Source: Amoeboradix gromovi X-113 (taxonomy: Eukaryota > Fungi > Sanchytriomycota). From it: a DNA stretch of 5,889 nt. The stretch is from positions 1-5,889 of the forward strand of contig JADGIF010000622.1 in the NCBI GenBank assembly GCA_018985225.1, read 5' to 3'. The notes below the pieces were generated by a model. The model worked only from the letters and a program-made list of their open reading frames with translations, was not told the origin of the DNA and did no database searches. Shown here one piece after another: positions 1-5,889 of this stretch. The position numbers and the translations under genes are program-made. The first letter of the stretch is position 1. Each line of letters opens with the position of its first letter.

Positions 1-91
1 TACTAAAAGTTATTTATTCTCCTTTCATACTCGTCAACTCCGCAACTAGCTGAATGTCCACTCGCCTCTTAAATCCATAAAGTAATAAAGC

Positions 92-157
92 TGAAATAAT
101 GTTCCAAGTTGTTACAGAAAGTTAGTCCAGTTTTTATATTTGATGATACAAATGTTT
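92..157. repeat. Copy A: inverted homologue of 382-446
   Basis: TGAAATAATGTTCCAAGTTGTTACAGAAAGTTAGTCCAGTTTTTATATTTGATGATACAAATGTTT aligns to the reverse complement of 382-446 with about 54/66 identities by hand. Confidence 0.85.
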
Positions 158-387
158 AAAAGTTACCTTTCGAAAGAGATTTTACTGCCATCCGATCTTT
201 AGTAGCAGGGCTGTTTGAATGCGCTTTCGTTCGATCATATAGCATTTCTGCATAGTAATTTTAGCCGAAAATGTCTACCGCGAGTCCTTTTAACTTTTGT
301 TTCCTGGCATGCAGATGGGCTTCTGTAGATCTTTCCTTTCTTTATTTTATTGCGTAAAACGGCTCTCAAATTCAATTAAATAAACAA

Positions 388-673
388 TTGAGACATCAAA
401 TATAAAACTAGACTAACTTTCTGAAATAGTTTGAATCATTATTTCAAGTGCGTATTAACCGACAGTAAATTAAATTAATCTTATTGGTTGCACCTTTTGC
501 TTAGCCACTCAAAGACCTCGTCTATTGAAAAAGATAGTGGTCATCTTGTTTTATTTTAAAGAGAGGAATGACATTAATGAAATAAGAAGGACTTTTATTA
601 ATAATAGTGTTTCCTCCTTATGGAGGACCTACTTTAAAAGCAACTTAGTCTAGTTTTTATATTGGTGTCCCAT
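388..673. mobile_element. ~286-bp non-coding element with ~29-bp imperfect terminal inverted repeats (MITE-like), copy B
   Basis: The left end TTGAGACATCAAATATAAAACTAGACTAA (388-416) matches the reverse complement of the right end ATGGGACACCAATATAAAAACTAGACTAA (645-673). Both halves have longer inverted homologues elsewhere in the window. No target-site duplication was recognised. Confidence 0.6.
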
Positions 674-916
674 TTATCTTGGTTTTACAAGCTAAATCGC
701 TCCGGCGTACTCTGTTTCTAGACCTTGTTACCGACATTAAACTCCGAGGAAAAACAATTTGGGGCCATAGACAAACGCAAAGTGTCATTAGATAGCGGAA
801 CCGTGAGTAACAACTATATCGGGGGGGGGGCGGTTGGACTTGTCCATTTATCTGTGGAAGTTCTTAATTCTCTAGAAACCCAACAGTTCCATCACGGGCG
901 AAATGAAATAATATAA

Positions 917-1744
917 GTATGTGGCTGTAAATTTATTCTCAGGATCTCGACCAATCAGGATTAAATCAAATTTGTTAAATAGACCCCAAAGGAACATGGG
1001 CACAATGGAACGTGCAGTTAGTCTTGTAGTTCGAAAGTCACAGCAGGATCAAGACCAACTCAGGCAGAAGTGTATGCATTTTAATTTATTAGAGATATTC
1101 GCAATTGAATACCCAGTCAGTACTTTTTATCATCTCGGATACCGTGGAAACCAGCTAAAGAACATGGTTACTACGCTATTACTGAACGATGCAATAACCG
1201 AAAAGCAACTCACTAACGACCCTCTTTTTGATCTAGTAGAGTTCTCTAATAACTTTAATTCTTTACGTTCATCTATTTTGATTGAATAAATCGCTTATAG
1301 TGACAGAATAAACTCTGAAGCTTACATAAAATACCTTTCTAGAGCTTTTCAATGAGATTAAAACTGTTTAAACTCTCTTTTTTATCTATTGCAGATACTC
1401 AAATCTAAATGAATTACTAGAAGATGCCACAAACTGGTATAAAGATGAAATTATCGTCGAAAGAAAGGAAGGCATAGATGGAATGTTACTAAGTATTTGG
1501 TACTCAGAGCTGCACAAGTTGTCGGACTCTAAATAAAGCAGTTTGGAGACATGCATGTGCAAACTACTATTTACAAGTAGGTAGAGACTATATGGTGGCT
1601 AGAGAGATATACTTGATGAATGCATCCATATTCAATCCCGTATCAGGGTAGAGAAAGCGAGAACAGCCACAGCAGCGGGGGTACCGCATTGATAGTTACC
1701 CTGTGGAAACTCTTGGTACTGTCGTAAACCGGGACTTTGAATGA
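917..1744 (+). pseudogene. Probable decayed gene of unknown family
   Basis: Successive protein-like segments occur in shifting frames, broken by stops. They are ORF 921-1289 (then IAYSDRINSEAYIKYLSRAFQ after the stop), YSNLNELLEDATNWYKDEIIVERKEGIDGMLLSIWYSELHKL, and AVWRHACANYYLQVGRDYMVAREIYLMN...VETLGTVVNRDFE ending in TGA 1742-1744 with an overlapping AATAAA. Confidence 0.4.
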
Positions 1745-1776
1745 ATAAAAGTAATTTAAGTCAATTGTTTATTTGT

Positions 1777-1884
1777 TTAATCGCAGCAAATCTCATAGCA
1801 GCAAAACATGCAGCATAAATTTCGTATCCAGTGATGACTTTTTCTTCTGTTTTGATGTCCTGAATGGCCTCTCTTTTGTTCCAT
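1777..1884 (-). CDS. CYSTM-like cysteine-rich tail-anchored microprotein, 35 aa (MEQKRGHSGHQNRRKSHHWIRNLCCMFCCYEICCD)
   Basis: A polar/basic N-terminus is followed by a CC-xx-CC-xxx-CC-D tail typical of CYSTM proteins. The ATG is in good context (gcaacaATGg) and AATAAA lies a few nt after the stop (1768-1773). The upstream in-frame ATG at 1953 is an alternative start. Confidence 0.6.
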   Translation of the reverse strand: MEQKRGHSGHQNRRKSHHWIRNLCCMFCCYEICCD

Positions 1885-2010
1885 TGTTGCAAGGAGGTTA
1901 CTCAAGGATCTTGTCACACGCTTGTGATTAGACAATCGCGATGCAAAAGTCATGTCGCCTATATGCAGATGCAATGGAGTCTCAAGGAATCAGCCTAAAA
2001 CAAAATGTTA

Positions 2011-2016
2011 TTTATT
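2011..2016 (-). terminator. Putative poly(A) signal AATAAA overlapping the SLA2 stop codon
   Basis: The sequence reads gAA TAA A, so the stop codon is embedded in the hexamer. Confidence 0.5.
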
Positions 2017-4583
2017 CTTGATATCCCATTTTTCTTATGACTCCCAATTCTTGTCTTGCTACTTGCAATGACTTTTCTAATCCCAATATCTTCACCTGTT
2101 GTTCCATTTCTACTGTTTTGTATTCATGTGCGTTCTGCGGTTTGTCTACTACTATTTTAACATCGTCATGTTCACATAGCATTACTAATTGCTTACTACA
2201 TTCAGTAACATTATATGCTGATTTCTCTAAAGGTTCCTGTGTTTTGCTAAATTGTACTGCTTTTACTCTAGCTGCACTAACTACTTGTATTACAGATGAT
2301 GTTACCTCGTGCCCACTTACAATCAATCTGTCTATATTTCCTCCTTTACATACTGCATCAGCACTGTTAACCATCAGCTGGGTAGCTGTCATGACTGCCT
2401 ATATTAGTCTAGTGTACCTGGGCTGCGCTGATCAATCCTTGCGTCCATCTGTTGTTCTTTTTGTAAAAAGAGTGTATTTCCTCATTCGAGTGACTTATAA
2501 TTTCTTGCTGGCAGTTGATGCAACAAGTAACAAAATAATTCAAAAGGTCAGCTAACAGTAAACATTGTTTTATAATCTTGGAATGCACACCATTTACATT
2601 CAATTTCAGCAAATCTTGTAGTTGCTGTTGAGCCAGTTTCATCTCAGACTGTACTGTGTTCATTACGACCGACAAATCTTTGTTTGATGTTTTCATTAGA
2701 GCATCTGCCTTGGCCAACAATTCTAATCTTTTTTGAACAATTAACGAGTGCTGATTGTTAACGAGTTGTAAACGATGATCGTTTGTATATTTAACCAAGT
2801 TGCTGCTCTGTAATTGATTTATATACTCTCTAATCAGCAATCCGAAGTCATTCAGCAAAATCGCCAATTCATGGGGTATTTTGGAATCCAAAACAATCAG
2901 AGCCTTGAACCCTAGTTGAATCATGCTCTTCATCACTAATGTTCTATCATTTGTATTCAGCCATTCTACTATTGAATGAGTGGATTGATCAAACGGTAAG
3001 GCATCCAACAAGGTAATAAAAACAGCATCAACATTATTTATTATTTGTCGTGGTTGCTGCATGGTTACATCTATCTGCTGTACTATTGATATTAACATGT
3101 TATCCAAAACGTTGTCCAGGGATTTAGCCATTTGCATTTGATCATTACCATTGTTCATACTCATTAATGCTTGATCCATGCTCAGTTGCACTATTTGCAA
3201 TTCCTCAGTCTTCTCATTCAACAGCGCCTGAATTGCTGTATAATTAGACTGCAGTTCATTATACTTTTGTTGCTGTTGCTGTAGCAGTTGTTGTGTTTGT
3301 TGAATTTCTAATTGCAGCTTCTTTATTTGCTGCAAATACATGCTGCTACCATCGGTTTTGGACTGCCTTAGCTGCAGTTTGAGCAGCTCATTCTCTCTTT
3401 GCATTTCGCTATTGTTCTCGTTTTCACGTGCGCTTGACAGTTGTCGAGCCAAGTCATCGCGCTGTTTCATCATATCAGCTAGCTGAAGCTGCTTTTCTTT
3501 TAATTTTGACTGCAGATGGGGATCGTGGCTAGATTGTAAAGTGTTATACTTATCCAGTAACTGCAAGTGCTCAGTTCTTAATTGCTGGTATAGCTGAGCT
3601 AATTGATTGTATTTAGCTTGCAATGCCTGTAATGCGTTGTTAGAGGCAGCTAGTTGACTATTTATATTGTTGTACTGATCCTGAGATACGGTGCTAGGAG
3701 GAGGTTGTTGTATCTGTTGAACTGGTGGCAATTGCTGAATAGGCTGTTGGTAAGTCATTTGTGGCTCAATAAATTCTTCACTGCGTTGCTCAGTCATTCC
3801 AAAACTAACTTCACTAGCGGCATCATCAATGTCTCGAAACTCAATTTGTTCGTTTTCAATGTCATCATATTCCATCATATCGAGATATTTAATGCTAGGA
3901 ATGTCCATATAAATGAGCAATTGTTTCCATCTTCGGCATTGATCGAATAATTTGCTTAATAAATCTGCTCTAGCTTTGTAATCCGATCGGATGATTGACA
4001 AGGAATCAACGTCAGCAATACGTTTATGCAGAGCTCGACCTATATGCAGAATGTAAATATAAGTGTTATAAGACTCCAGTATCAAAGAGGTCATTAAAAC
4101 AAGTAATTCTGTATTTTGGGAAGTTGTTGATAACTGGTTGAGATAATGCTGCATACAAGATTCGCATTTAGAAAGATATTCTAACAGAAGTGTAACAACG
4201 TTGAAACCAACGTCTACCACTTGAGAATACTTTAAAGCAATAAACTCTTCATACTTTAGCTGACCGTCAAATTCATGAAAACTGGTGTGAAGCTTGATTT
4301 TAAATTTTAATAATTCACCCAAAGGACCAAAGCAGTATCTGTCCAGCCTAACAATTTCAAGAGTATTTAGTAAATGTCCTTGTTGGATAATTTTGAAAAG
4401 CAAAATAGGAATACGGATTGATCTAGTTAGTTGTTTCGATTCGGAATCAATTAAATCATAAACACTACATTTGAACTGGTGAGTGTATATTATTAAAACC
4501 CGTATATGCTTGATTTTAAACTGAGTTTGAGTGAGCAATTTGTGGTAAGACTGAATTGCTGAAGAAAGCTTGACATTCTTCAT
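2012..4583 (-). CDS. SLA2: Sla2/End4 (HIP1/HIP1R family) endocytic adaptor with ANTH domain, Q/P-rich linker, coiled coil and C-terminal I/LWEQ (THATCH) actin-binding domain; two exons, join(4583..2418, 2398..2012), ~850 aa
   Basis: Sla2-like motifs recalled from yeast: KIKHIRVLIIYTH (cf. KRKHVRACIVYTW), LFKIIQQGH, FDGQLKYEEFIAL, LILESYNTY, YNQLAQLYQQLRTEHLQLL, FYKKNNRWTQGLISAAQ|AV, LIVSGHEVTSS, VSAARVKA and EMEQQVKILGLEKSLQVARQELGVIRK. ORFs 2409..4784 and 2012..2392 join seamlessly once a 19-nt intron is removed. The start is placed at ATG 4583 because sequence further upstream overlaps the lipocalin CDS and ANTH similarity begins just after it. Confidence 0.95.
2399..2417 (-). other. 19-nt spliceosomal intron in SLA2 (GTACACTAGACTAATATAG)
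   Basis: It has GT...AG ends and a branch-like CTAAT next to the acceptor. It is phase 0, has length 3n+1 and contains an in-frame TAG. Removing it restores the conserved GLISAAQ-AVMTAT of the I/LWEQ domain. Confidence 0.9.
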
Positions 4584-4623
4584 GTGCGAGTAACAAGGAG
4601 AATTGACACATAATAAAATTATA

Positions 4624-4629
4624 TTTATT
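4624..4629 (-). terminator. Putative poly(A) signal AATAAA of the lipocalin gene
   Basis: It lies 3 nt after the stop. The same stop-proximal placement is seen at 2011-2016 (-), 1768-1773 (-) and 1744-1749 (+). Confidence 0.5.
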
Positions 4630-4632
4630 AAA

Positions 4633-5205
4633 TTAGCAGTCCCTGTAGTTAAATGAATGAATTTTGTCAATGTATATGCTAAACGGTAGCTTTGAGATTG
4701 CGTCTTTAAACTCTGCTGTTTGAGCTTCAGTCGGGATGTAACGGGTGTAGTACTCGATAGTCTCCAACTTTTTGAAATTAACAACAGTGCATTGATAAAG
4801 GATCATTTCTTCATACAAGGCTGAAGAGCTAGAGCCCGGTTTAACATACAATACTACGTTGTCATAGGAGATGAAGTTTATCGGGATAGTGACTGACTTA
4901 TCGCCAACAGTGACCTGAGTCTTCGTTTCTGTGTATTTAGAGATACCATCAACATCTGTGTATTCCTGTCTCATGAATGTGGTTGTATCCAAAAATTTAC
5001 CATAGTTACATTGAGCGTTGAGAGACAACTCAAACTCCTGTGCAGGGTCCCAACTAAACACAGGGCACTTGCAATTTTTTTGAAAAGGATCCTGCGCGAG
5101 AGGTTGATACCAGTTTCCGACTGCTTTACGTACATCGAACCCACCCACTACCATTTCTTTCAGATCGGGACACTTGGACCCAAAAATGGTCAAAAATGTT
5201 AGCAT
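4633..5205 (-). CDS. Secreted lipocalin-family protein (ApoD/Blc-like), ~190 aa
   Basis: The SCR1-like motif KCPDLKEMVVGGFDVRKAVGNWY resembles ApoD GKCP..VQENFDVNKYLGRWY. It also has an SCR3-like IEYYTR, six Cys including a terminal Cys, and a short hydrophobic N-terminus MLTFLTIFG. AATAAA follows the stop. The upstream in-frame ATG at 5262 is an alternative start. Confidence 0.75.
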   Translation of the reverse strand: MLTFLTIFGSKCPDLKEMVVGGFDVRKAVGNWYQPLAQDPFQKNCKCPVFSWDPAQEFELSLNAQCNYGKFLDTTTFMRQEYTDVDGISKYTETKTQVTVGDKSVTIPINFISYDNVVLYVKPGSSSSALYEEMILYQCTVVNFKKLETIEYYTRYIPTEAQTAEFKDAISKLPFSIYIDKIHSFNYRDC

Positions 5206-5356
5206 TATGTGAAGAGAAGTAACCTCCCTATTTAAAGGATATAAGGCAAAAAAACTATCCATGTGTTCGGCAACTCCTAAAAATCGCCCACAAATTTAAG
5301 TTTGGTCAAGAGAGATTTGAGCCACTGCTCAGTTTCAAATTAAGGCAGTTTACTTG

Positions 5357-5746
5357 TTAAATGATATAGCTAACCCAAATTAGCTGCATAAACAGATTAG
5401 CTTTAAATGGGCAAGACGCATAGTTAACAATACTTGCTAAGGGTCTAATTTGACCATCTTGGAAGCTCTTTGTTGTAAAAGAAACGCTAGCAGGTCTTGA
5501 ACTGCTCAGTGTTTCAGTAGCTGATTCAGTAGCTGATTCAGTTGCCGTTGGTGTTTCAGAATAATTTGAGATTATTGGTCGGAGTGGTAAGAGGTATGAC
5601 TCTACAGGTTCTTTCTCTACTATAGGTCGTGACATATTGGAAAATATTGAAGACTTGGTTCCATTTTCTATTCTCATGCCCTGTATCGAAGTTGGAGGCA
5701 CTAAAATAAACCCAAAATTGTCTACATGCCATCTTGCTTTACACAT
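5357..5746 (-). CDS. Ser/Thr-rich putative cell-surface (GPI-like) protein; 5' end uncertain and abutting the repeat copy at 5745-5889
   Basis: It has a Ser/Thr stalk (TPTATESATESATETLSSS) and a hydrophobic C-terminus (ANLFMQLIWVSYII). The first 23 codons of the tracked ORF (5815-5747) lie inside the repeat and are probably not genuine. No clear signal peptide is visible. Confidence 0.45.
   Translation of the reverse strand: MCKARWHVDNFGFILVPPTSIQGMRIENGTKSSIFSNMSRPIVEKEPVESYLLPLRPIISNYSETPTATESATESATETLSSSRPASVSFTTKSFQDGQIRPLASIVNYASCPFKANLFMQLIWVSYII
5513..5542. repeat. 12-bp tandem repeat (TTCAGTAGCTGA x2.5) encoding SATE units
   Basis: Directly visible, and in frame within the Ser/Thr-rich ORF. 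Confidence 0.85.
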
Positions 5747-5889
5747 GGGACACCAAATATAAAAACTAGACTTTCTCGTTTTTAAAGGTGCTCCATACGA
5801 AGGAAATGCTATCATTAATAAAAGATCTTCTATTATACCAATTTTCTTTCATTGATTGTATTCCTCTTTTTAAAATAAAACTAGAAGAC
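5745..5889. repeat. Copy C: inverted homologue of 540-673, running off the window end
   Basis: Its reverse complement aligns to 540-673 at roughly 80-85% identity over ~130 aligned columns, with indels of ~13, 3 and 1 nt. Similarity is still high (27/30) at the last window bases. Confidence 0.9.

Noticed and set aside
612-653. Hairpin TCCTCC-TTAT-GGAGGA followed by CTAG|T, suggesting a Helitron 3' end
   Set aside because: Homology between copies continues ~20 nt past CTAG, the stem is imperfect in copy C, and the CTAG is part of the inverted-repeat core.
92-673. CRISPR array or integron attC cassettes
   Set aside because: The repeats alternate in orientation, are degenerate and are irregularly spaced. 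The context is eukaryotic, with no cas or integrase gene.
725-916. 63-aa ORF containing a G10 run (821-830)
   Set aside because: It has a TTG start and no motif. The homopolymer alone is not evidence of function and is error-prone.
921-1744. Stop-codon reassignment (TAA/TAG = Gln) as the explanation for the broken ORFs
   Set aside because: The Gln-rich 850-aa SLA2 has no in-frame TAA/TAG in its exons and ends at TAA at the expected position. The broken region also needs frameshifts and contains TGA.
1761-1774. 14-nt exact inverted match (TCAATTGTTTATTT) to 378-391
   Set aside because: It is very AT-rich, overlaps a poly(A) signal and does not extend into the repeat core, so it is plausibly chance.
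2392-2420. Programmed frameshift or split SLA2 gene
   Set aside because: A canonical GT-AG intron with a branch motif explains the break exactly, with no extra or missing residues.
2037-2555. 172-aa Cys/Thr/Ser-rich plus-strand ORF
   Set aside because: It is an antisense shadow of the conserved SLA2 I/LWEQ region.
3654-3950. 98-aa plus-strand ORF
   Set aside because: It is antisense to SLA2, has a TTG start and shows no recognisable motif.
4584-4784. 67-aa N-terminal extension of the 791-aa ORF
   Set aside because: It has a non-ATG start, overlaps the lipocalin CDS in another frame, and shows no Sla2 similarity before Met at 4583.
5011-5202. 63-aa plus-strand ORF
   Set aside because: It is antisense to the lipocalin and has a TTG start.
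5766-5888. Open minus-strand frame SSSFILKRG...WSTFKNEKV* inside repeat copy C, as the 3' end of an off-window gene
   Set aside because: Only about 4 of ~20 differences from copy B are synonymous, B has a frameshifting indel, and the best conservation lies beyond the stop. It is not fully excluded without flanking sequence.

Overview
AT-rich, very compact eukaryotic DNA that looks fungal or fungus-related, with no sign of a non-standard genetic code. The minus strand carries four tightly packed genes. These are a Ser/Thr-rich ORF with a GPI-like tail (5357-5746), an ApoD-like lipocalin (4633-5205), a divergent SLA2/END4 (HIP1R-family ANTH + coiled-coil + I/LWEQ) gene (2012-4583) and a 35-aa CYSTM-like Cys-tailed microprotein (1777-1884). 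SLA2 is split by a 19-nt GT-AG intron at 2399-2417. The plus strand at about 917-1744 looks like a decayed gene. The least explained feature is a ~290-bp repeat family bounded by ~29-bp inverted repeats (core AGTCTAGTTTTTATATTTGRTG). One complete copy lies at 388-673, and two inverted partial copies lie at the window ends (92-157 and 5745-5889). Joining the window end to its start would rebuild a second, almost equally long inverted copy. All alignments and counts were done by hand, and family comparisons are from memory.
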